Assembly (NCBI GenBank): GCA_964016885.1
Contig: OZ024742.1
Location: forward strand, 221,278,001-221,342,000
DNA length: 64,000 nucleotides
Direction of reading: 5' to 3'
DNA from: Eledone cirrhosa
Lineage: Eukaryota
Under the pieces are notes generated by a model. It saw nothing but the letters and a program-made list of their open reading frames with translations, searched no databases and was not told where the DNA came from. Both the position numbers and the translations under genes were made by a program. Below, in pieces: positions 53,527-64,000 of this stretch (position 1 is the stretch's first letter; every line of letters starts with the position of its first letter).

Positions 53527-53657
53527 GGAGTGGTTAGAGCATTGGCCTTGCAATCGAAAGGTTGTTAGTTCAATTCTCAGACCAGGTGATGTGTTGTTTC
53601 CTTGAGCAAGACACTTTATTTCACATTGCTCCAGTTTACTCAGCTGTAGAAATGAGA
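53527..53657 (+). mobile_element. tRNA-SINE head
   Basis: Near-identical to 378-508. Confidence 0.85.
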
Positions 53658-54534
53658 TGAACCAAATGGGAAAAAATGGTAAATAATGATGCAAATGGGA
53701 CCTGCCCCTTGTATAGGAGCAAATTTTGGAATAGAATAGAAAGAACTAGGAATAAGGTTAATAGAATAAACTCATGGTATGATAGCAATAAATACCAGAG
53801 TGTAATGTTCATCAATACAACCCCTAGAGGTGAACTAGCTTACAAATTTAGAAGGGCCCTAGATAAACTTAAACTAAATATTAAGATAGTGGAAAGACCA
53901 GGTACCTACATAAAAACACTTATTAGAAATACATACCCTTTTCAAAGACCTCCCTGTATAGATAAGAAATGCATAATCTGAAAACTAAGCCCCCATATTA
54001 ACTGCAAAACTAGAAACATAGTATATAGCATAAGGTGTACTGAGGGACAATGTAAAGATAAGAATATAATGTACATAGGTGAGACAGCTCGTAGTATAGG
54101 AGAACGATTAAATGAACACTGGCGAGAGCTTCAAGATAGAAAAGACTCATCAGTACTCCACCAGCATACTAAAATAGAACATAAGGGCAAATTAGAGAAC
54201 ATAGAAATAAAAATAAAATCTACACACAGAAAAGATGCAATGGTTAGACAAATCACAGCGGCAATAAACATAAATGAACTCCAACCAAAATTAAATAGAA
54301 AACATGAATGGAATAGCAACATCACAATTTTCAATTAAGGACAAAATGAAAACACACATACATAGAACAAACAACCAACTAGTAACATGTAAATAAACAA
54401 ATAAATAAACAAATAAAAACACACACAGACACCCGGATGTAACACATGCGCAAACTAAGCACACAATACACACAAAAACAAGATGGCGGAGGACAGAACA
54501 AAGGAGAGGCACAAAACAAAGAAAAGAATCCCCG

Positions 54535-54577
54535 GTCACTCATGAGGTCACAGAATGTGCGACGAAAGAAATTTGAC
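54535..54577 (+). ncRNA. Type I hammerhead motif in the 3' pLTR (CTGA mutated to CTCA)
   Basis: GTCA-CTCATGA-GGTCACAGAATGTGCGAC-GAAA-GAAATT-TGAC. Confidence 0.6.
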
Positions 54578-54730
54578 AATATATGAACAACCGTCCGGTT
54601 GTGGAACCAACCAACCAACCGGAAATTTATAAATTTTTTAAATTTATAATTAAATTTATAATAAATTGGAGTGAAAGCAACTGGTGCATGTGTTTCTTAT
54701 TGGCAACATGACCCTCTCAAAGTATAACAA

Positions 54731-55389
54731 TCTATATATATAAAGCTGTGGTTGTCTGTCTGTCTATCGATTTTTGGCACACATCTCCTCTTAGAATCTC
54801 TGACGGAATTGCACCGAAATTGCTATACTTGTACATTGAGCCCTAGCGAAGACATCGGAAAAAAAATATTTCAAATTGACCCACCCTATGTGACGAAATC
54901 GAATCTAATGTATCGATTTTTGAGCGTAAGTGACGAGTTATTTCCCTTTGTTCTGTTTACATTGAGCGTCTACGTTCTGTTTACATTTTCTGCGTGCAAA
55001 AATTAAAAAAATTACGCTGGCTTTCTCAGCGTTTAAAATGACATTAACACAATACACGAACAGTTGTCGAGCCAGCAAAATGTTGACCTGCAAAATTCAT
55101 CAGTTCGAACACTAAGCTTCCGTTTTGCTTCATTTCCATTTAAAAGCCTTTTAAAACAATATTTTTACTTGAAAACAAGTCTATTTAAAGACTACGTAAA
55201 ACAAGCAAATATTTCGTAAAAAAAAGCAAAAATTATATAAGTTTATTTAAAATATATGTATCTGTAAATTTCGTTAGGCGTGCAGACAGACAGTCGTGCA
55301 GACAGATTTTAAGCCAAAAAAGAAACTTAACATTGTAACTTTAACACAGCTACTGGGCGACCCCGAGCAACGCCGGGCTTTACTGCTAG
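54731..55389 (+). mobile_element. Non-autonomous Helitron
   Basis: A|TCTATATATATAAAG start; subterminal hairpin CCCGAGCAACGCCGGG; CTAG|T end. Confidence 0.9.
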
Positions 55390-55439
55390 TATATATATAT
55401 ATTTAAAAAGAAGACGATTTAGAGTCGTATGACATAACT

Positions 55440-57228
55440 GGAATTTCTTACGTGAAATGTAGGCTACTGAAGAAACTTGTGGCTGGAGCAGAGCTCAAAC
55501 CAGACAGAGAGTGATCTGGTGGTGGAACAGCACGGTAGATAGGGCCATTTGAGACAAAAGACTAGCATGGAACGCTTGGGAAAATGGTGGGAGTAGAGAA
55601 GGATACACAGCCGCTAAGAGAGAAGCTAGACGTCAGGTGTACTTAGCACGCAGGGAGGCTGAGAGTAGGAGGTTTGCCAATGTTCTGCGATGGGAAGATC
55701 AGAGACGTGCGGTGTTCTACATTGCTAGGCTGTGTGTCAGGTGCAAATCAGGATGTTGCTGGAGATAAGTGTGTCCGGAATGATGCCGGTGTACTTAGTG
55801 TCACGAATGATCAGAAAAAGGAGGCCTGGAAATGTCATGAGAGACTGATAAATGTGGAGAACGAATGTGAGAGAGATAAATTAACCCCAGTAAATCCGAC
55901 ATAGGGACCAGCTATTGAGATTGATGAATATAGGGTCCAAGAGGCGATTAAGGAAATAAAAAAGGGTAGGGCACTGGACCGTTGGGGATAGTTTCTCAGA
56001 TGCCGAAGGCATCAGGGGACGTAGGTACTAAACTGGTTGCACGCATCATCAATAAGGCTATATATGGCGGTGTCACACTCAAAGACTAGTGCAGCAGTAT
56101 TCTCATAAATTGTTACAAAGGTAAAGAGGATGCTCTGAAGAGAAGCAATTATAGGGGCATAAAACTGATGGATCAGGTTATGAAAGTGGCAGAAAGGATA
56201 TTAGTGCAACTAATTAAAGAAAGGGTCAAACTAGATGAGATGCAGTTTGGTTTTATGCCTGGGAAAAGTACAACAGATGCCCTCTTCTTAGTGAGACAAC
56301 TACAACAGAGGTTCTTAGAGAAGAATAAGCCACTATACTTAGCTTTTATTTTTACCTAGAGAAGGCCTTTGATAGGGTACCCCGATCTGTCATCTGGTGG
56401 TCCCTAAGGAAACTAGGTGTTGAGGAATGGCTTGTGAGGACAGTACAAGCTTTGTACAGAGGTGCTGTCAGTAAAGTAGGAATGGAGTTTAGTGAGGAAT
56501 TCCAGATACAAGTAGGAGTACATCAGGGTTCGGTCCTCAGCCCGCTTGTTCATTATAGTCCTCCAAGCCATAACAGAGGAGTTTAAGACTGGCTGCCCAT
56601 GGGAACTTCTCTATGCTGACGATCTGGTTCTTATAGCATAATCAGTAGAGGAGCTAGAGAATAAATTCTGGCTATGGAAACAGCAGTTGGAATTAAGAAG
56701 ACTCAGAGTCAACATAGCTAAGACAAAAGTGCTGATGAGTAGAAAAGAGGACAAAACTCTGATTCCGTCAGGGAAATGGCCCTGTTCGATATGCAGAAAA
56801 AGAACTGGCATAAATTCTATAAAATGTACACAATGCAGATCTTGGGTACACAAGAGATGGAGTGGGATAGTAGGCAAACTAACAGGTAGGGAAAAATATG
56901 TATGCAGTAGATGTACAGGGAAATTTGACAGTAGAAGTTGCATTGATAGACACCTTTTTCAAATGCAGGTGGGTTCTATAGAAGTGGTTGACAGCTTCAG
57001 GTACCTAGGTGATCAAATTAACATGGGAGGGGGGGGGGTGTTCCGAGGTCATAGTATCTAGAATAAGGATGGGTTGGAAGAAGTTTAGGGAGCTGCTGAT
57101 GAAGAAGGGTTTCTCCCTGCGTACGAAAGGCCGGTTATATGATGCCTGTGTGAGGTGTGTGATGCTGAATGGTAGTGAGACATGGGCAGCAACTGCAGAG
57201 GATATGCGACAGCTGGAGAGAAATGAGC
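55440..57228 (+). mobile_element. Degenerate PHD-RTE LINE, both ends truncated
   Basis: QFGFMPGKSTTDA, HQGSVLSP, YADD, WPCSICRK..CTQC..VHKR..CSRC, NGSETW. Confidence 0.9.
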
Positions 57229-57229
57229 T

Positions 57230-58090
57230 AAAATATACAGTGAGTGATCAGCCTGATTTGCATATTAGCAGACTGGCTGATCAGTCAGATCTACATATTT
57301 TCAGATCCACTGATCAGCCAGATTTACATATCAGCAGACTGGCCAGTCAGTTTCCTGTATAAGAGCGATAAATGGCTGGCTTTGCCACGTTAAAAAAAAA
57401 AAAAAAAAAAAAAAAAGTTCGCTCTACATGTCTGAATACAATAAATGTAATCTGAGTTTTTATTATTAATATTAATATTCGAAAAACTCAGATTACATTA
57501 GATTAAAAATTAGGTATTGGGATTGGTGCTCTGAAATAGCGATGTATACATGAACGTATGTATAGTATATTTGGCAATATACCGTATGTTTAATTTAAAA
57601 CATTTAGAAGACCATACGCTATCAGTTTTAAAGTAGTGACTATTACTTACTTCTTTTCAATGAAAGAAGGGAGAGAAGTTGACAGTCTGTTTCATGCTGG
57701 TTGGCGTTCATCAGAGCCACGTACTCGCCTGCTTTCGCCAAAAATTTTAGAAACTGGATTCTTATACAGTTCCAGTAATAATCAGGAGCTGATTATACAG
57801 AGCGATTGCCGGTCCAGCAAAAATTAGATATTAGGATTGGTGCTCTGTATAGTATATTTGGCAATATACTGTATGTTTAATTAAAAACATTTAGAAGACC
57901 ATTCACTATCAGTTTTAAAGTACTGACTATGTCACTTTTTTTCGGCGAAAGAAGGGGGAGAGGCTGACAGTCTGTTTCACGCTAGTTGGCGTTCAATACC
58001 TAATTTTTGCTGGACCGGCAATCGCTCTGTGTAATCAGCTCCTGATTATTACTGGAATTCTATAAGAATCCAGTTTCTATAATTCTCGGT
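57230..58090. repeat. Complex rearranged segment: 33-bp tandem (x3.5), poly(A), hairpin, direct repeat and inverted repeat
   Basis: Direct repeat 57520-57710 / 57834-57995; inverted repeat 57740-57826 / 58000-58085; hairpin TGTAATCTGAGTTTTT/AAAAACTCAGATTACA. Confidence 0.75.
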
Positions 58091-58659
58091 GAAGGCAGGG
58101 GAGTTTGATATCTGTAGATTACTTAAAAAATGATTAACAATATTCCAAAGATACCATTGCAGGCAGATGAGAGTATAAATACATTCCTTGAAAGGAATTA
58201 TATACATTTAAAAAAAAGGAACATATATGTTCTTTTTTATGAATAAGGACCACTTGAATTTGTTATATTCCCACCAGGCGATACCAACTATTTTGAACAT
58301 TTATACAAGAGCAGCTCTGTCAAGAGTGCTCTTATCTGGAAGAAAGTGGCAATTATATCATTTCAAAGCTTTCCAATTTTCCCTTTAATGAAACGGACAG
58401 ACTAAATGTTGATATCTAACTTGATGTCTCCTCTGCTTTGTGAGCTTAGAGACCACGGAAGAGGGTTTTCATGACCACGCGGGAGGGTGTATTTATTAGT
58501 AAATGGTAAAATATATACAAATGAGTAAGTGAATTGTAGTAGATGGTTTCCAGTCCAGTCAGACTGCAACTACAAATAAAAAAAATTGTTAGTTTGCTTT
58601 GTAACAATAGCATATCCAAGTTTTCGGATAAATCAACTTACTTTAATTTTGACCTCATT

Positions 58660-59715
58660 TCAATGGGACCCTTGAACTTTATGGAGTCTAGCTAACTCTT
58701 TGACGTCAGGCTGGATTTTTGTAAGATGTAGCCGGAGATCTCCACGTGTAATTACATTGTAGCGATTGCGAGCCTTACTGTGCAGTCTGGAAACGGCACC
58801 AAACCTCCCCTCGACTAAGTATGAACTCGGAAAAGGCAGAGAAAATCTCTTAGCCTCTGTATGTAGGTGTGGAAATCGACGTTGAATTTCCTCTTGCATC
58901 CAAAAAAAGGGGTTCACCTATTTTGGGAAATCTAATTTTGATCATGTCATCTGCTTGAAGTTCAATGAATTCTTCCTGAAATATAACGTCCAAATCATCG
59001 ACGTTAGCTATGAAGGGATCTGCTATCCACATTGGGATGTCCATCGGCAAAAGGTCGACAAACCGTTCTCTCATGTTGTCTTGTAGCGCACGGAGGTGAG
59101 CGGTATAAATTTGGAGTTGGTCATCGCTTACAATGTTTTGAACATTGGCGACACTAGGAAAATTATAGAATTCCCGTCAACAAAGATTCCTTTCGATGAC
59201 ATTCAATTTGGCCAGAAATGTTTTCACAGCATTCCTTGCTTTAAGCAAGGTGATCTTCTTCCCCTGCTAAGCCAAAATGACGCTATTGCATTTGTCGACG
59301 ATGTCGGTGAGGTAGGCGCAGTTTTGCCTCACATCGAGGGTTTTCTTGTACAGTTCTGTGTTGCGTCCTCGAAGAAACTCAATGATAGAGTCGAACAGTT
59401 AAAAGAAGTGAGTAAGGCACTTGCCCTTTGAAAGCCACCTCACTTCATTATGAAGGAGCAACTTGACGAATTCTTCGTCATTATCTTGGCACAGTTGCCG
59501 GAAAATTCGTTCATTGAGGGAATGCCGTTTGATAAAATTGATGACATTAAGGGCCACCTGCAAGGACTTGCTCAGCGGCTTGCTGAGTTTCTTCGCAGCC
59601 AAGTGTTGTCGATGAATGACACAATGAACAACAAATACAGATAGATTTTCTCTCTTCAGAAGAGTGAAGAAACCCTTATGTTGGCCGACCATTGCTCTTG
59701 CGTCGTCCGTAGCAC
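58660..59715 (-). pseudogene. Second Buster-type hAT transposase fragment (C-terminal half)
   Basis: TDDARAMVG, HCVIHRQHL, EVRWLSKG, PFPSSYLVE, RGDLRL; frameshifted; 5' part replaced by a minisatellite. Confidence 0.88.
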
Positions 59716-59723
59716 ATGATACA

Positions 59724-60210
59724 ATGTGTGTTGTATGTGGTCCTAGATGTATGTATTACCTGCCTGTGTGTTGTAGATAGTCCTAGATGTATGTATTACC
59801 TGCTTATGTATTGCATGTGGTCCCAGCTGTATGTATTACCTGCTTGTGTGTTGTATGTGGTCCTAGATGTGTGTATTACCTCCTTATGTGTTGTATGTGG
59901 TCCTAGATGTATGTATGACCTGATATGTGTTGTATGTGGTCCTTGATGTGTGTATTACCTGCTTATGTGTTGTATGTGGTCCTAAAAGTATGTATTATCT
60001 GCCTGTGTGTTGTATGTGGTCCTAGATGTGTGTTCTACCTCCTTATGTGTTGCATGTGGTCCTAGATGTGTGTATTACCTGCTTAAGTGCTGGATGTGGT
60101 CCTAGATGCGTGTATTACCTGCTTATGTGTTGTATGTGGTCCTAGATGTGTGTATTATCTGATTATGTGTTGTATGTGGTCCTAGATGTGTGTGCTACCC
60201 ACTTCTGTGT
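59724..60210. repeat. 40-bp minisatellite, ~12 diverged copies
   Basis: Unit TGTGTTGTATGTGGTCCTAGATGTGTGTATTACCTGCTTA. Confidence 0.95.
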
Positions 60211-60626
60211 TTTTTTCTTTGTAATATTATTTATACAATAGGGAATAAAATAGATCTACATAGTGTTAACTCGTTACGGTTGAGTCAATAATTTCAGACA
60301 TGAAATACATTGTTATCGGTGAAGGAAAGATAAGATTCTAACTGGCTGCGTTCAAAGTCTCCTTTACCCAGTTGACTATGGTTTTTCCATTGTTAGGATA
60401 TCAATTGCCGGTTAATGTCTAGACACGCCTGCACACCTGTCCAATGCTTGACATTGCTTGAGCCTATCGAAAAACATCAGACCAATCATTGTGACAATCA
60501 CTTTTACCATATATAGAATTACCCCCTGAGAAGTTCGGCTATTCATTTACCAGGATAAAAATGTTCATTTAGTTCAGAATTAGCCGTCGAAATGGCTTGA
60601 GCTCAGACGTTGGAGTCCTAATTGTT

Positions 60627-60935
<309 letters not shown>

Positions 60936-60937
60936 AT

Positions 60938-61051
60938 TACGTGTTTTGCAACGGGTCACTTTGTGGCTCAATGAAAAATTAATAAATTAAATAATTATTT
61001 AATTTATTAATTTTTCATTGAGCCACAAAGTGACCCGTTGCAAAACACGTA
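60938..61051. repeat. Perfect 114-bp spacerless palindrome
   Basis: TACGTGTTTTGCAACGGGTCAC...AAATAA|TTATTT...GTGACCCGTTGCAAAACACGTA. Confidence 0.95.
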
Positions 61052-61272
61052 TATGTATATATATATATGTAAACTTTTATATGTAATAATCTCCCATTAG
61101 GTTGAGATACAAATTTGGCTGTATTGTGCTGTGCTTTCTAGCAAAAATGCCACCAGTCGTAAGCAACTACCAGACCCCTTCCAACCTGACCGCGACTACG
61201 TCACGATTCTTAGCCATTTTGAATGAATTCTTGGCGCGATCACTTTGGAAAATTTAGTGTCTAGATAAGAGC

Positions 61273-61366
61273 AAATCTCCTGATGAATCCGGTGCTCGAG
61301 TTTATATAATTATTACATAATTATTGGAAAGCTCAAAATGCGGATGAAACCATGGTAGAGCTATTT
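61273..61366 (+). ncRNA. Type I hammerhead ribozyme with extended stem II
   Basis: Stem I CTC/GAG (extendable AAAT/ATTT), CTGATGA, ATCCG..CGGAT stem II, GAAA, palindromic CCATGG, GTA triplet. Confidence 0.8.
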
Positions 61367-61627
61367 AAATGTATTCTATTTTCTCCTAGTTTATTTTACA
61401 CCTAATTCTGTTTAGTTGACTGTATCTGGGCGATTACGCTGTCGAAATATTCGATAAATATTCCGTTGTGGCCGACGCGAAGGGCTAATTTCGGTTATTT
61501 GTTTGGAGATTTCTTCATAGAAGCCTCATTCTTATAGCCTGGTCTATTCGATTTTTTATATAGTTAATTATGCTAATTGGGAGGAAATGGTATATTTTTA
61601 TCTTGTAATTCTATAGACATGTTTTAT

Positions 61628-61665
<38 letters not shown>

Positions 61666-61712
61666 CATACATATATATATATATCTATGTATATATATAT
61701 ATATATATATGC

Positions 61713-61748
<36 letters not shown>

Positions 61749-61786
61749 GCATATATATATGTACATATATATATATATATATATGC

Positions 61787-61820
<34 letters not shown>

Positions 61821-61822
61821 GC

Positions 61823-61858
<36 letters not shown>

Positions 61859-61867
61859 GCATATATA

Positions 61868-61901
<34 letters not shown>

Positions 61902-61903
61902 TA

Positions 61904-61994
<91 letters not shown>

Positions 61995-62071
61995 GTGCAT
62001 ATATATATATATATGTGCATATATATATATGTGCATATATATATATATATGTGCATATATATATATATATA

Positions 62072-62125
<54 letters not shown>

Positions 62126-62266
62126 TATATATATATATGCATATATATATATATATATGCATATATATATATATATATATATGCATATATATATATATTA
62201 TATATGCATATATATATATATATGCATATATATATATATATATATGCATATATATATATATATATA

Positions 62267-62312
<46 letters not shown>

Positions 62313-62333
62313 TATATATATATATATATATAA

Positions 62334-62370
<37 letters not shown>

Positions 62371-62409
62371 CATATATATAAATATATATATACATATATA
62401 TATATATAT
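61628..62409. repeat. ~780-bp (TA)n array punctuated by GC/CA
   Basis: Directly visible. Confidence 0.95.
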
Positions 62410-64000
62410 CATCATCATCATCATCATCAACGTTTAACGTCCGTGTTCCACGCTTGCATGGGTTTGGACGGGGGTAGTCCCACTTGAGGCAAGAGTGATT
62501 GTCTTGCTCGCATAGGACTGTCTGGCAGGTTTTCTACAGTTGGATGCCCTTCCTAACACCAACCACATTTACAGTGTGGGTCTGGGAGGTTTTTACCGTG
62601 TTGCCTACACGGCCACATTACAGCGTGGACTGTGTGTTTTTTTGTCGTGACACCTACACGATCTCATTTGTTTCGGCCTCGATGGCGCGGCACCAACATA
62701 ACTTTACATAGAACGGGGTGGTGTGGATGGGGTGGGGGTGGTGGTGGTGGGACGGGGTGTATTTTGTTAGAGATGCCTACTGGCTGGAGTAGGTTTTACT
62801 ATATATTTAGGTAAGGCGGGTCTTCTCTGTTACTGAGTACCGCCAAAGGTCTCGGTCCAGTGACGTTGTCTTGGAGAGGTGTAAGTGTGTGATGTCGGAG
62901 TTTATCAGCTCGTCCCAGGTTTTTCTAGGTCTGCCTCTTCCGTGACTACCGTCTATCTTTATTGCCCTGTACTTTGTTATACAGCTATCGACTTTCATGC
63001 GCATCACGTGTCCATACCAACGTAGCCTTCTCTCGAGTAAACAACATCTGATCCCTCTTATCTCTAATTTTTTCCTTAGTTCGTTTATGCTTTGCCGTTC
63101 ACGTATATTACTGTTACACATCCAGCGGAGCATGCAAGCTTCGTTCCTCTCTAGTCTGCGTATATCCTCTGCACACAATGCCCAGGTCTCACTGCCATGC
63201 AACATTGCTGTTCGTATGCAGGCATCGTACAACCTGCCTTTCATTTTTAGGGAGAACCCTTTAGCAGCTAATAGTGGTATAAGCTCTCTGAACTTTTTCC
63301 AACCAGTTCTGACTCTAGCTACAGTACTTTCAGAGCACCCTCCCCCACTGCTGATTTTATCGCCCAGGTAACGGAAGCTGTCCACTATTTCTATAGAACC
63401 CTCTGCGCAATTGAAAGAGCTAGTATTTTGTGGGCACTTGCTGCTACTTATTGCACCAGAACACCGGCCACATGTAAAATCTATGTTCTTAGTTAGCTTA
63501 CCTGTGATCCCACTACATCTTTTATGCACCCATACTTTGCATTTAGGACATAAAATGGAGTTTCTACCTACGCCTTTCCTACACACCGAGCACGACCATT
63601 TCCCAGAAGGGACCGCCGCCTTGTTTTCTTTCCTACAAACTAGTACTTTGGTCTTAGCCAGGTTAATTTTAAGTCCTTTTGACTCTAGGCCGTGCTTCCA
63701 TGTTTGGAATTTCTTCTCTAGCTCGGCCATTGATTCCGCTATGAGTGTCAGGTCGTCTGCGTATAGGAGTTCCCATGGGCAGCCTGTCTTGAACTCCTCT
63801 GTTATAGCCTGAAGGGCAATAATAAATAGTAGTGGACTGAGAACAGAGCCCTGATGGACGCCAACTTTTACGCTAAACTCTTCACTATATTCGTTGTTAA
63901 TTCTAACCTTGCTGACTGTTTCTTTATACATGGCTTGTATAGCCCTCACAAGCCATTCGTCAACGCCTAGTTTTCTAAGAGCCCACCAGATAATGGAGCG
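62410..64000 (-). mobile_element. PHD-RTE LINE with an uninterrupted 380-aa C-terminal ORF, continuing beyond the window
   Basis: ORF 62807-63949: HQGSVLSPLLF, YADD, intact C4HC3 finger, FRYLG, RLRWYGH; (GAT)n tail next to (TA)n. Confidence 0.95.

Larger units (their letters stand above)
51654..54635 (+). mobile_element. Penelope-like element: inverted pLTR (51654-51839), truncated RT-end/GIY-YIG ORF (53660-54338) and 3' pLTR (54451-54635), with nested insertions
   Basis: CKTRNIVYSIRC..MYIGETARSIGERLNEH..PKLN GIY-YIG motifs; ~185-bp inverted repeat bracketing the locus, each arm with a hammerhead motif. Confidence 0.85.

Overview
AT-rich eukaryotic DNA, inferred to be octopus/cephalopod from its SINE and LINE repertoire (not verified by a search). 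It is almost entirely transposable-element and tandem-repeat sequence. The only host-gene signal is one minus-strand exon (coding 9630-9798) with a signal peptide and an HNPHFDHLAILG motif, typical of CREC-family EF-hand proteins (reticulocalbin-2/calumenin). Elements seen: (1) many RTE-like LINE copies, one family carrying a C4HC3 PHD finger inside its RT domain; (2) two different R4/Dong-like RLE retrotransposons, both inserted in (CATA)n; (3) a Buster-type hAT (22704-28456) with TIRs and a perfect 8-bp TSD, containing an LTR-less Gypsy gag-pol fragment and a copy of a neighbouring satellite; (4) a Penelope-like GIY-YIG element with an inverted pLTR; (5) two Helitrons, CR1/Jockey fragments, SINEs and MITEs; (6) six minisatellite families, three traceable to LINE sequence. 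The most interesting non-ORF signal is a cluster of type I hammerhead ribozyme motifs at about 51-61 kb. One has an intact core and lies in a highly self-complementary ~430-nt partially tandem unit resembling a non-LTR retrozyme (candidate circular RNA). Coordinates of degenerate elements are approximate.
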